DNA of 64,000 bases, taken from the NCBI GenBank assembly GCA_038087875.1, contig CM075995.1:248001-312000 (forward strand), given 5' to 3'. A program made the position numbers and the translations under genes. The notes below the pieces were generated by a model that worked only from the letters and a program-made list of their open reading frames with translations, did no database searches and was not told the DNA's origin. Below, one piece after another: positions 23,792-36,715 of the stretch. The stretch's first letter is position 1, and the number at the start of each line of letters is the position of its first letter. The DNA comes from Malacoraja senta (lineage: Eukaryota).

Positions 23792-24507
23792 CTATAAATC
23801 CACCATGTCTAAGGCGTTGCGTATAACACTTACTTCAAGTAGATTGGACTGCAGCCAAACTTAAAGAATATTCCATTTGCATGGGGCTTGGTTTGTTATG
23901 AAGTCTTATGATAAGTAACATTTTAACGCCATTCATCAACTGGACGATAGATTGTTGATGCCCCAGATAATTTCACTTTAAGCCAAGAAAGTTTCTAATA
24001 CAGAATGTGACACAAATTGTGTCAGAGTGAAGCCAATCGTAAAGTGGGGGAACAGCACCTCATATTTCACTTGGGCAGCTTACAACCCAGCGGTATGAAT
24101 ATTGATTTCTCCAATTTCAAATAACCATTGCTTTCCCCCTCGCTCCATCCACCCCCACCCTCCTCCCCCCCCACCCTAGTCGTCCTACTAGTTTCACTGT
24201 CGTCCTACTTAGTTTCCACAGGCAATGGTGGGCTCTACCTTTCCTTGATCATCATTGCTGGCTTTCAGAGCTTTCATTCATTTGTTCTATATATATATCT
24301 AGTTTCCCTCCACTCTGACTCTCCGTCTGAAGAAGGGTCTGGACCGGAAACGTCACCTACTCCTTTCCTCCAGAGACGCTGCCTGACAAGCTGAGTTACT
24401 TCAGCACTTTGCGTCTATCTTCGGTGCTGCACACTATGCCTGGTGCCCATTCCTACGCACCGGGTGTTAAATGAGTCTGCTGATTGTTGACTTGCTGTGG
24501 TACGTAC

Positions 24508-24585
24508 ATGGTGAACGTTGGGCGTGCTGACGCTCCTCTTCATGTGCTTCCCTTTGGATGAAAGTGCTTCTTTCACAGTAACAGC
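24508..24585 (-). CDS. KIF13A: KIF13A exon (78 nt, phase 0->0): AVTVKEALSSKGKHMKRSVSTPNVHH
   Basis: ctgtattag|GCTGTT...CACCAT|gtacgt. Confidence 0.94.
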
Positions 24586-25328
24586 CTAATACAGGGACAA
24601 AAAACCCAGAGTAAAACTCGTGCATCGTGAATGAGAGTCACAAACAGACCGTTTTTCACATAATCATCGCTAAACGAGAAAGCCATGGCCTGCAATAACT
24701 TAAACCCCTGTACAGCAAACCAGATTTGAATGTATGACGGAACTCTGTGGGTTTGGGCAGCATCTGCAGAGGGAAATAGACAGGAACTGTTTCAGGTCGG
24801 GAACCTTTCTTCAGATGAATGCTGTCTGAAACGTCACCTGGCCATTCCCCCCCACAGATGCTGTCTGACACCCGAGTTCCTCCAGCAGTTTGTTTTCCAC
24901 TGAAGGTTGCAGCATCTGCAGTTCCGTGTCCTCTCTAAGGGAACTCTTCCATGGTCCAAATTCAGAATCGTGTTCTATTCAAGAACGTCATTAAAATATG
25001 TGCTTAAAGCTCATCCCACAACATTCTGGGATGCTGAATTAACGGGACCGTGACGTATTGAAGCATTTTAATCAATTGTCAGGACACCAGATGTGAGAAT
25101 GGATTTTCACCGAGTCCCCTCCCCTCCATCCTCCCTCTGCATCACTGCCAATCACTCAGAAATCTTTACAAAGTCACATCTCACATAGAGTCATCCACCT
25201 AAAACAGAGAATATAGATGCAGGAGTAGGCCATTCGGCTCTTCGAGCCAGCACTGCCATTCAATATGATCATGGCTGATTATCCAAAATCAGTACTCCGT
25301 TCCTACTTTTTCCCCATATCCCTTGATT

Positions 25329-26370
25329 TAGGTATGTTACAATACTTACCTTCAGCGGCGCTGCAATTCTGCCACTGGCCGTGTGCGCGATTTTGGCGCC
25401 TTTGAGGGGGGGCGTTAAAACGTGGGTTTTTCCTACCTTGTCCTGGATTATATTTCGTTGGAGTGCAAGCTTTTGCTGAGGAATCGTTCTGACGGGCGTT
25501 CTGCGTATTTTGTTTTAAAAATCGCCCGACAAGTTCAGCGCTGGAGCAATTTTAAAATCAGCTTCTAAAGCCGTCAACGCCGACAACGGGGACTGATTTC
25601 ACGCACGGGACAGGTAAACGAAAGCCGTTTATTTTATGTATAAAAGTGCTCCTTAAGATGCCTTTAATTCACATTTTAAGTTGCGAAACGGTGATATTCT
25701 TCCCTGTACGAACCGGCAGTATTTTTCATGCTGATACGGGTTTAAATTCACCGCAACCGCAACGTTCAAAATGATCGCGTTCCAGAAAACCCCCACTCAC
25801 AAGATGATTTAAATGGCCATTAATTTACAGGTATTAAACATTAAATTCCTTCCATTTGGCCTATAAATCCATGACAATGAGATTTAAAAATTATGTTATA
25901 TTGTGAATTCTTGTGTGAATGTTATTTGGACACTTAGGCTTTTTAAAAATGTTAATCTATTCTTAAGAAATTGATAGATGTTTAGATCTAGTAATTGAAT
26001 TTTGTAATTAGCTACAATTAGGTAACTAACTAATTATATGCTTTAATTTCATGTCGTCTAAGTAAGATTGTTTCATATTTGTTTCAGAATGCTTCAATCT
26101 ATAATAACTGAAAATGTCTTTCAGTTCTCTTAATTTTTAAGAAAGTTATGGGCTTTTGACTGTCCTCGATCACAGCTTTTGTGTTAAGTCAATGGAAAAG
26201 CAATAGGGAACAAGATGCTAATTTCCGGGTATGAAAATGGCCATAACTTTTTTAATTACTGAAGATATGAAAGTGAATTAGGTGTCAAATTAAACTTCTT
26301 TTTATGCTTTCTCTGATGGAATAAATTACAGACTTGATTTTTAAAATCTCAAAATTTTGTAACATTGCTA
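25329..26370. mobile_element. Non-autonomous DNA transposon (~1.04 kb) inserted in a minus-strand CR1 3' end
   Basis: Imperfect TIRs taggtatgttacaa / ttgtaacattgcta; cttgatt duplicated at both flanks; CR1 continues at 25205-25328 and 26371-26680. Confidence 0.75.
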
Positions 26371-28132
26371 CTTGATTCCTTCAGCCCGAAGAGTTGATTC
26401 TGAATCTCTCTTGAAAACATCCAGTGAATTGGTCTCCACTGCCTTCTGTGGCAGAGAATTCCACAGATTCCACAGATTCACAACTCTGGGTGAAAAGTTT
26501 TTTCCTCATCTCAGTCCTAAAGGACTTTATTCTTATTAAAGGGACGCCCCTTATTAAAGGGGACACCCCTTATTCTTAAATTGTGACCCCTGGTTCTGGA
26601 CTCCCCCAGCATCGGGAATTTTTTCCTGCATCTAGCCAGTCCAATCCTTAAAATTTTTATATGTTTCTATACGATCCAATCCAATCCAATCCTACCCAAA
26701 ACAGGCATTCGGCCCAACTTGCCCATGCAAGATGCTCCATCTACACCAGTCCCACCTGCCCGTGTTTGGCCCATATCCCTCTAACCCTTTCCTGAACATT
26801 TTGCAACAAAATAAAGCAAAAAGGACCACTTTTGAGTTCCATCATACACACAAAGCTGGCTTGCTACAGTGCACTGTTTCTATAGATAATATGACTGAAG
26901 AGCCACACTAATAAATAGCATCCAAATTGGATTTCACATCAGATCATTACATCTTTCAAGACATGAAACAGACATTGTAAGGAGGGGGACACTAAACCGA
27001 TGAACACTACAAACTCCGCACTATAATCGCTCCGGAGGCCCCGACCACGGGTGAACATCAGGAACATTAGAGGAAGATGACTGACTTTGGTGCCTTCGTT
27101 CACAGTGGGAAAGCTTTGATTCTGCTGTGTGGGGATGTTTTATGTTGAACTCTATCGTGTGCTGTGTTCTTTATTTTTATTGTATGGCTGTATGGTGATC
27201 ACACATTTCACTGTGCCAACTGGCACATGTGACAAATAAACATATCTTGAATCTTGAAACTGCTCATTGTTCATCGTAACTAACCAACAACCATTGAACA
27301 TGTTTCAACACTGTAAACACTGACTGACCAACTAACAATTCACACAATATTTTGATGATGACGCGATCAACTTTCAACTATATTTTGCTGTAAGAACTTA
27401 TCAACAGACATTGCAACATTTTTGCTATTTTGCAGCTATCCCTTCGTCGCAGGGTGGCTGAAATCTGAACATTGTTCAGATTCTTAAAGCCCAACTGTTT
27501 AGAGAGTGTTTGGACACTTTTCATTTTCATAAGATATTCATACATGATATGAGCTGAATTAGGGCCATTCGGCCCATCTACTCTGCCATTCAATCACGGC
27601 TGATCTATCTCTCCCTCGTAACCCCATTCTCCTGTCTTCTCCCCATAACCCCTGCCACCCGTTACTAATCAAGCATCTATCTATCTCCCTGCCTTAAAAA
27701 TATCCATTGACTTGGCCTCCACAGCCGTCTGTGGCAATGACTTCCACAGATTCAACGCCCTCTCACTAAAGAAATTCCTCTCATCTCCTAAAGGAAAGTC
27801 CATTTATTCTGAGGCTATGGCCTCTGGTCCTAGATGCTCCCACTGGTGGAAACATCCTCTCCACATGTCCAGGCCTGGATGATGCTGTTGCTATCATCTT
27901 TCAAGTACATTTTGCTGGATGAACTAATTCTCCAGCTTTTTTTGTCCACCCTTCGATTTTTCCAGCATCTGCAGTTCTTTCTTAAACAATTGTCTTTGTG
28001 ACATTTTTGCTAGTTTGCACCTATTCCTTTGTTGCAGAATAACTGAAATGGGAAGGAACGCTGCTTAGATTCTTAAGCCCCAACATTTTTGGAGAGTGTT
28101 TGGACACTTCCGATTCAAGTACAGCCTCTTAC

Positions 28133-28285
28133 CTGTCGGAGCCGTTCCAAACTCAGGATATTTTCCACCTCCAACACTCCTCTTGTATACTTCTCAATGT
28201 AGCTTTCTCCATCCCCTGCACCGTCATTTTCATTCTTGGCTGCCATGAGAGCCAAGGTCTCTCGATCTTCCGTCTCCTCCGAGGC
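28133..28285 (-). CDS. KIF13A: KIF13A exon (153 nt, phase 0->0): ASEETEDRETLALMAAKNENDGAGDGESYIEKYTRGVLEVENILSLERLRQ
   Basis: cctgcacag|GCCTCG...CGACAG|gtaaga. Confidence 0.96.
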
Positions 28286-28456
28286 CTGTGCAGGATAAAG
28301 GCAATTTGTCAGCGTGATGATAAATCTGGAGAGCAGAGCAGTCCTGAATCATGCACACGACTAAAATATTGCCGTTGCTCTTCCACAATAAGAAGTGAAA
28401 GCTTTAAGTTTAATTACTTCTATGTTTCAACAAGTACAAATTCTAACTCTCCCTGA

Positions 28457-28840
28457 CTAGGATGAGAGGGAATCTCATTGAAACATATAAGATTGTTAAG
28501 GGCTTGGACACGCTAGAGGCAGGAAACATGTTCCCGATGTTGGGTAGAGTCCAGAACCTAGGGCCACAGTTTAAGAATAAGGAGTAAGCCATTTAGAACG
28601 GAGACGGGGAAACACTTTTTCTCACAGAGAGTGGAATTCTCTGCCTCAGAGGGCGGTGGAGGCGGGTTCTCTGGATGCTTTCAAGAGAGAGCTAGATGGT
28701 GCTCTTAAAAATAGCGGAGTCAGGGGATATGGGGAGAAGGCAGGAACGGGGTACTGATTGGGGATGATCAGCCATGATCACATTGAATGGCGGAAGTGCT
28801 GGCTAGAAGGGCCGAATGGCCAACTCCTGCACCTATTGTC
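28457..28840 (+). mobile_element. CR1 LINE 3' end, subfamily A
   Basis: Near-identical to 21520-21885 with small indels. Confidence 0.88.
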
Positions 28841-29804
28841 TGTTGGCTAGAGTAGATGGGGCATGTTGGTCGGCATGGGCAAGTCGGGCCGAAGGGCTTG
28901 TTTCCGTGCTGCATGAGTCTATGATCAAGAACTCCAAAGGTGGACAGGTTTGTAGGTTAATTGGCTTCGGTAAAGATTGTAAATTGTCCCTAGTGCATGG
29001 GATAGTGCTCGCCTACAGGAATCGCTGGTCGGCGTTGACCAAAGGGTATGTTTCCCCGCGCTGTATCTTTACACTAAACTAAACGGGTCGGTGATCAACT
29101 AATAACTGAGAAAATAACAGGAGGATTATATATTGGAATCATCTGCCACAGCCAGACATAAAAACAGTTTTTATCCACGAGTAGTTGCTCTACTCAACAG
29201 CCAAAAATCTGTAGCCTGCCTTTGATCTGGTATTTTGTTGGTTCACATGCCTGATCAATGGTGTTTTATCATTAATGTTTTATTATTATTAATGTTTAAT
29301 GTTTTCTGAGTCATTCGTAACTGTCACTGTATGGCATGTTGTTACTTGTGGGCGGAGCATGAAGGCAAATTCCTTGTTTGTGAATAGTTGGCCAATAAAC
29401 TTGCTTACTTACTGTACTTGACTTTTGACATTTTTAGAGCATTAATTACGGTTCAATTCACGCCTCTGAATGTTGCCGCCACAAGAGGGCAGCCAGAAAA
29501 GCTGACAGTTCGCAGGATTAAAAACTAATTTGTGGATTCCAATATTAATAAGGCTTAGCTATAAGGTCAGAGGGAGAAAGTTTAAAGATGCTGGAGGAAC
29601 TCAGTGGGTCAGCCAGCATCTCTGCAGAACGTAGAGAGGTGACGTTTCTGGTCGGGACCCTACTTCAGGTTGTTGGAAACAGGGAGGATGCTTCCAGTGG
29701 TGGGGCCGTTGAGATCCAGAGGTCACGGTTTCAGGATTTTAAACAGAGTTCAGCCCTTTAGGAAGAAATTGGTGAATCAATGGAATTCTCTGCCATGGAG
29801 GACA

Positions 29805-30155
29805 TAGAAACATAGAAACATAGAAAATAGGTGCAGGAGGAGGCCATTCGGCCCTTCAAGCCAGCACCGCCATTCATTGTTATCATGGCTGATCGTCCCC
29901 AATCAATAACCCGTGCCTGCCTTCTCCCCATATCCCTTGACGCCACTAGCCCCTAGAGCTCTATCTAACTCTCTCTTAAATCCATCCAGTGACTTGGCCT
30001 CCACTGCCCTCCGTGGCAGGGAATTCCATAAATTCACAACTCTCGGGTTAAAAAGTATTTTCTCACCTCAGTCTTAAATGACCTCCCCTTTATTCTAAGA
30101 CTGTGGCCCCTGGTTCTGGACTCGCCCAACATTGGGAACATTTTTCCTGCATCTA
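29805..30155 (-). mobile_element. CR1 LINE 3' end, related subfamily with (TTTCTATG)n tail
   Basis: Reverse complement of CR1 3' end; catagaaa repeats; similar copy at 51185-51486. Confidence 0.85.
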
Positions 30156-31363
30156 GGACAGTGGAGACAGGGCATTATATGTATTAGAGGAGGGAGATAT
30201 AATGCTAAGGGGATCGGAGATGTTGGGAGAAAGCAGGATTGTGGTCGTGGTGTGGGTTATACTGAATGTATTCAAGATAGAGTTAGATTTAGCTCTTAGG
30301 GCTAATGGAATCATGGGATATGGGGAGAAAGCAGGAACAGGGTACTGATTTTGAATGATCAGCCATGATCATATTGAATGGCGGTGCTGGCTCGAAGGGC
30401 CGAATGGCCAACCCCTGCACCTATTTTCTATGTTAACCCAAGGGGCTATATGACCTTCTAATTTCTGCTCCTACTTTCCAAGTTGCGGAGACATCCAGGT
30501 AGACAAAAGTGCTGGAGAAACTCAGCGGGTGCGGCAGCATCTATGGAGCGAAGGAAATAGGCAACGTTTCGAGCCGAAACCCTTCTTCAGACTGATGTAG
30601 GGTGGGGGGGGGGGGGGGGGCGGGAAGAAGAAAGGAAGAGGAGGAGCCAGGGGGCTGAGGGAGAGCTGAGAAGGGGAGGAGACAATAAGGGCTACCGGAA
30701 ATTGGAGAAGTCAATGTTTATGCCGCTGGGGTGCAGACTGCCCAAGCAGAATATGAGGTGCTGCTCCTCCAATTTCCGGTGGTGCTCACTCTGGCCATGG
30801 GGGAGGCCCAGGACAGAAAGGTCGGATTCGGAATGGGAGGGGGAGTTGAAGTGCTGAGCCACCGGGAGATCAGGTAGGTTATTGCGGACCGAGCATCTGC
30901 AGTTCCTTCTTAAACACGAGCCATCCAGGTTATTGGTCTGTACAACATCAATGCGAGTGTAATTGTTCTTGAAGTATCTTCCGCGCAGTGAATGTCAGAC
31001 CAACTCAAAGAGCACCAAGACAGAACACAAAGTGCTGGAGTAACTCAGCGGTTCAAGCAGCATCTCTGGAGAACATGAGCAGGTGACATTTTGGGTCGAT
31101 ACCTTCTTCAGGCTTTACGTTCAGATGACGAAGGGTCTCGACCCGAGACGTCACCCATTCCTTCTCTCCAGAGATGCTGCCTGTCCTGTTGAGTTACTCC
31201 AGCTTTTTGTGTCTATATTCGGTTTAATCCTGCATCTGCAGTTCCTTCCTACCCATTATTTTAAAAACTCTTAAACCAAACACGCGTAAATCAAGAGGGG
31301 GCGGCTGTATTGTGTTGAAGTAACTGGCTTTCATCGTTAGTTGATTGCCGGACGCAGATTTAC

Positions 31364-31456
31364 CTTGGGTATGTTGGAAACTATTTCATAGGTAACTCCA
31401 CACGAATGAAGAATGTACTTGTAGGACATTCTTCGCTTCAGACTCTGGGTAAAACT
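31364..31456 (-). CDS. KIF13A: KIF13A exon (93 nt, phase 0->0): SFTQSLKRRMSYKYILHSCGVTYEIVSNIPK
   Basis: cttttacag|AGTTTT...CCCAAG|gtaaat. Confidence 0.95.
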
Positions 31457-32419
31457 CTGTAAAAGTCATTAGAGAAAAACGTTTGAATTAAGAACTTAAT
31501 GAGATCAATTCTTCCCCTCCATGAGAAATTTAACAAGCAGTGTAAAAAGAACACAGAATAATGCTTTAAAGAACTGGCAGCACTTTAAACGCTGGCATCT
31601 CCGCCAGAGTGGATTAAATAATACCCATGGCTTTCCTTGGGCTGGCTGGGTCACTACAGCAACAAGCAAGGCAGACCAAGCTGGGTGATCACCAATTAGT
31701 GAACCCTTCAAGTCTCATAACCCACGAGCTCAAATCAGTTCGATACAATAGTGATGTAGTCATAGGAGCAGAAGTGGGCCATTCGGCCCATCGAGTCTAC
31801 TCACCATCTGACTAAAGAAATCCCTCCTCATCTCCATTTTAAAGGTGCGTCCTTTTATTCTGAGGCTGCCCTCTGGTCCTAGACTCTTCCGCTAGTGAAA
31901 ACATCCTCTCTGCATCCAGACCTTTCACAATATGGTACGTTTCAATGAGGCCCCCCCTCCCCCACACATCCTTTCTAAACTCCAGCGAGTACAGGCTCAG
32001 TGCCGTCAAATGCTCATCATACATTAACCCAATCATCCCCGGGGTCATTCCCCTAAACCTCGTCTGGACCCTCTCCAGGGCCAGCACATCCTTCCTCAGA
32101 TATGGGGCCCAAAACTGCCCACAATATTCACCAGAACGTGCCAGCCAGATACAGCACTTTTACTGCCTCGACCATTAGATTCTATATCTGGCCTTCGTTC
32201 ACAGTGGCAACTATGTGTACCAATTTTAACTAAATCTGCACTGCAGATTCTGAAAACTATTTTAACAGTACTTTCTTTCCCTGTGAATTGGAGGAAGACA
32301 AAAGGATCATTGTCATGATAATCAGCAAGGTGGACTTTTACCCCTTCCCTTATCACCCCCTGAATTTTCTACCCCACATCCATGCAATGAGAAACCAATG
32401 TGCAAGAACCTACCACTAT

Positions 32420-32780
32420 CCACGATGGCGCAAGGTTAGAGCTGCTGCCTTACAGCGCCAGAGACCCGGGTTCGATCCTGATAGCGCCAGAGACCCGGGT
32501 TCGATCCTGATAGCGCTAGGGACCCGGGTTCGATCCTGACTATGGGTGCGGTCTGTACGGAGTTCGTACGTTCTGCCCGTGACCTGCGTGGGCTTTCTCC
32601 AGGTGCTCCAGTTTCCTCCCACACTCCAAAGATATACAGGTTTGTAGGTTAATTGGCTTCGGTAAAAATAATAAATTATTCCTAGCGAGTAGGATAGTGC
32701 AGGTGTACGGTGTGATCGCTGGTCGGCGTAGACTCGGTGGGCCGAAGGGCATGTTTCTGTTTTTCTAATGTCTAGAGTGT
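32420..32780 (+). mobile_element. V-SINE with triplicated B-box segment
   Basis: agcgccagagacccgggttcgatcctga(t) x3. Confidence 0.85.
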
Positions 32781-33962
32781 AGTTGTTCAGAGTTACAGTG
32801 TGATAACAAGCCTTGCCGACCAGCGATCCCCGTTGCACAAGCTCAAACTGGACTCTCGGGACAATTTACAATTTTTTACCAAAGCCAATTAGCCTACAAA
32901 CCTGCATGTCTTTGGAGAGTGGTAGGAACCCGGCGAAAATCCACGCAGGTCACGGGGAGAACGTACAGACTCTGTACAGACAGCACCCGTAGTCAGGATC
33001 GAACCCGGGTCTCTGGCGCTGTAAGGCATCAACTCTACCACTGCGCCAACGTGCCGCCCAGACAAAAAAATGCGTCGACAAAAAGTGTCCAATGAGATCT
33101 TCAACAATGTCTCAGTGCTATACATGAACAGACATATTGTCCCAGAGGAAGCAGATTCATTTCCACCACTGGTCAATATTATACTCAATGGCATAGGTGA
33201 CATGTAATATACACGGCAGAGCTTAAATTCTAGAAAGAAGCCAGTTACTTTAAAAAAATTCTCGTATAATCAAAAGAAAATTGCCTTGAAGTAACAATGT
33301 CCATATTGTGTCATTCAGTAAGTCTTTATCCAAATTAATTTGCAAATGTCTTAACATTGCATGTCCAATGATACTGGGCCCTGCCACTCTTACATTGATA
33401 AGACTTTATCAATATGCAAGCTTCAATTCAGAAATTATTATGAATGCAGATTTGCATTTGTGATAGATACAATTCCTGGTCTCTTATGTTCCACCTTGGA
33501 TAAAACATTGATGAAGTAGGTTTGAACACTTAACATAAAAGTTAGATTTACTCAAACAAATAATAAAAACTGTAAGTTGGGACAAATACAATTGTAGACA
33601 AGAAGGGCTTTCTTCTATGGAAATTATCTTTCTATGACGAACACATCATAAATAGGTCTCAGTGGTCCGTTTGGTTCCAGTGGTTGGGCAGCGACTCTAC
33701 CGCTGCACCACCGTGCCGCCCTCTTGCTTCCCTGAAAAATATCAGGTTTTGGTTAAAGACAAAATGCTGGAGTAACTCAACGGGACAGGCAGCATCTCTG
33801 GAGAGAAGGAATGGGTGACGTTTCGGGTGACCCGAAACATCACCCGTTCCTTCTCTCCAGAGATGCTGCCTGTCCCGCTGAGTTACTCCAGCATTTTGTG
33901 TCTACCTTCGATTTAAACCAGCACCTGCAGGTTTAGGTTAACTTACACCGGCCGTTTCCTAC

Positions 33963-34139
33963 CTGCTTGTTGTAGATATTGACGGCTATACGCTTGCGCA
34001 GCACCAGCTCCACCGCTGCAGGGTGGCTGAGCTGCACCGTCACCTTCACAATCAAGTAGATGCGTTCATTCTGGCCGGTGACTTTGTTCAAATAGATCGA
34101 ATCGTGCACTGACGAATCCCAGGACGCAACAGCAGAGAT
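33963..34139 (-). CDS. KIF13A: KIF13A exon (177 nt, phase 0->0): ISAVASWDSSVHDSIYLNKVTGQNERIYLIVKVTVQLSHPAAVELVLRKRIAVNIYNKQ
   Basis: ggcttccag|ATCTCT...AAGCAG|gtagga; kinesin-3 tail WDSSVH motif (DUF3694-type region). Confidence 0.96.
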
Positions 34140-34282
34140 CTGGAAGCCAGGGGTGAAAAAAAGGAACTGGATTTTAACAGATACTTAAAGCTTCTACGTT
34201 AAAGTTACCTGTTAAAGTTACCTTTAGTTTAACATCATCACATATGCAGCCTGTAGCAAGGCCAGCAGCATAATATGTAGAC

Positions 34283-34511
34283 CAAGGGTTCCTAACCTGG
34301 GGAAAATTTATCCCCAAGGGGTAAATTTCGCCTACCCAGGGGGTAAATTTGTTGATTCTGGATTTGTACATATTTTCTCTCATTGACTGACTATGTTTGG
34401 TTCTGGTATCCGTTCATCATTAGTTGTTCATAAATAAGTGAAATAACTATTATGTTATGTCTATTAAAGTTGCCAGGGGGTAAACGGGACGAAAAAGATT
34501 GGGAACCCCTG
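34283..34511. mobile_element. hAT (Charlie-like) MITE
   Basis: TIRs caagggttcctaacct / agattgggaacccctg; 8-bp TSD atgtagac/acgtagac. Confidence 0.8.
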
Positions 34512-34861
34512 ACGTAGACTATAGACTGACTCCCCTCCACCTCCCCAAATCTTTGCACATCCCCGATCCTTTCCACTCGTCACTTTAATTTCATGTTTCA
34601 TGTATCTTGCGTTTTATGATTGTTGGCTGATCAAATTTCCCTCCTGGGATGAAGAAGTTCTATCGTATCGTATCATAATCAAGACGAGATGTCCCGAACC
34701 CGGGCACCAGGCAGGCAACACAGCCTTTGGGTCTCTCGATCCTCCTGACAGAGAATAGTGTCCAGTGCCCAGGCCATCACACAACCCAACCGTGTCTATC
34801 TGTGATTTAAACCAGCATCTGCAGTTCCTTCAGACACCCAAACCAACCTCCCTTCTATTGA

Positions 34862-35045
34862 TGTTTCAGAAGGAACTGCAGATGCTGGAAAATCGAAGGT
34901 AGACAAAAATGCTGGAGAAACTCAGCGGGTGAGGCATCATCTATGGAGCGAAGGAAATAGGCAACGTTTCGGGCCGAAACGTTGCCTATTTCCTTCGCTC
35001 CATAGATGCTGCCTCACCCGCTGAGTTTCTCCAGCATTTTTGTCT
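34862..35045. mobile_element. Inverted (fold-back) Penelope pLTR pair flanked by direct repeat acctcccttctattga
   Basis: Near-perfect palindrome 34897-35049 centred at ~34973; 16-bp direct repeat at 34846-34861 and 35046-35061. Confidence 0.8.
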
Positions 35046-35077
35046 ACCTCCCTTCTATTGACTCCATTTATACCTAA

Positions 35078-35546
35078 TGTGCCTGTCCCACTTAGGCGAT
35101 TTTTTTGGCGACTGTCATAGTCATAGCAGGTCGCCGAAAAACCTGTCGACTGGACCCCCCCCCCACGACAATGTCTACCACATTGTCTGCAACAACCTAC
35201 CTCCTAGTCGACGTCAAGCAACGGCAAGCTACCGACAACCGGCCACCTATTAGGACGTCCACCTACGACCACACCTACGTCCAAGCTATGGCAAGGTAAG
35301 ACAATTCAGTCGCCGGTACCTGTCGCCGGTTGACGTAGGTAGTCACCAATGGAATTCACTAAAGTCAGCACCGGTGACAGCACCTACGTCAGGCTACGAT
35401 CGTTGGCGTCAAATTTCCAAATCCAGCGACGACCAGTAAAAAGGTACGACTCTTTGGGCGACTGAGGAGACTATACAGACGACACCCCGGCGACCATGTG
35501 GCGACAGCCTAGTCGCCTAAAAAATTGCCTAAGTGGGACAGGGGCA
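35078..35546. mobile_element. PIF/Harbinger-type MITE (related TIR cctgtcccacttagg)
   Basis: TIRs cctgtcccacttaggcgattttt / aaaattgcctaagtgggacagg; single-TIR remnants at ~2020, 22920, 48190 and 56590. Confidence 0.75.
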
Positions 35547-36104
35547 TCACGCTGCCTCCAGCAGCATAATCAAGGACGAGTTGCACCCCATCCACTCCCT
35601 CTTCTCCCCTCTCCCATCAGGCAAAAGGTATTGAAGTGTGAAAACGCACACCTCCAGAATCAGGGAGTTTCTTCCCAGCAGTTATCAGGCCACCAAATCA
35701 TTCTACCACAACCAGAGAATAGTGCTGAACTACTATCTACCTCATTGGTGACACTTGGACTATCTATATTACTAAGTGTCATCTTGACCACTTGCTGTTT
35801 GCACTGCATATTGATTTTAGACAAAACGCTACCACGTACGGCTGTGATTTTGGCCATCTTACTCAGAGTCCCCCTCCGCTGGGCAGGACAAGAGGATTTT
35901 TCCCATCGATGAAAAATAATACTTATTAATGTTAAAAAAATGTTGAGATTCTCTCTCCTGTCAATCACGCCATGAAGGCCACGCCCCTTCTGGTGGGAGG
36001 GGGAGGGACTATAAAACCCAGAAGTGTTGAGTGCCTCAGTCAGTCTCTGCAAGATGTGAATAACAGTGAACACATGTCTACTAAACTGTGAGTGCCCTTA
36101 ATGT

Positions 36105-36715
36105 GGTTTGAAAATGGAGTTTGAAAATGCAAAAGGTGTTTTTGGTTTGAAAATGCAAAAGTGTTTGTTGCTTTGAAAATGCAAAAGTGTTGGTTGCTTT
36201 GAAAATTCTAAAGTGGTATTGTTGCTTTGAAAATGCTAAAGTGGTTGTTGGCTGCTTTGAAAATGCTAAAGTGGTTGTTGGTTGCTTTGAAAATGCAAAA
36301 GTGGTTGTTGCCTGCTTTGAAAATGCAAAAGTGGTTGTTGCCTGCTTTGAAAATGCAAAAGTGGTTGTTGCCTGCTTTGAAAATGCAAAAGTGGTTATTG
36401 CCTGCTTTGAAAATGCAAAAGTGGTTGTTGCCTGCTTTGAAAATGTAAAAGTGGTTGTTGCCTGCTTTGAAAATGCAAAAATGGTTGTTGCCTGCTTTGA
36501 AAATGCAAAAGTGGTTGTTGCCTGCTTTGAAAATGCAAAAGTGGTTCTTGGTTGCTTTGAAAATGCAAAAGTGTTTTTTGGTTGCTTTGAAAATGCAAAA
36601 GTGGTTGTTGGTTGCTTTGAAAATGCAAAAGTGGTTGTTGGTTGCTTTGAAAATGCAAAAGTGGTTGTTGGTTGCTTTGAAAATGCAAAAGTGGTTTTTA
36701 GTTGCTTTGAAAAAT
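36105..36715. repeat. 30-bp minisatellite (tttgaaaatgcaaaagtggttgttgcctgc)n, about 20 copies
   Basis: Directly visible tandem array. Confidence 0.97.
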
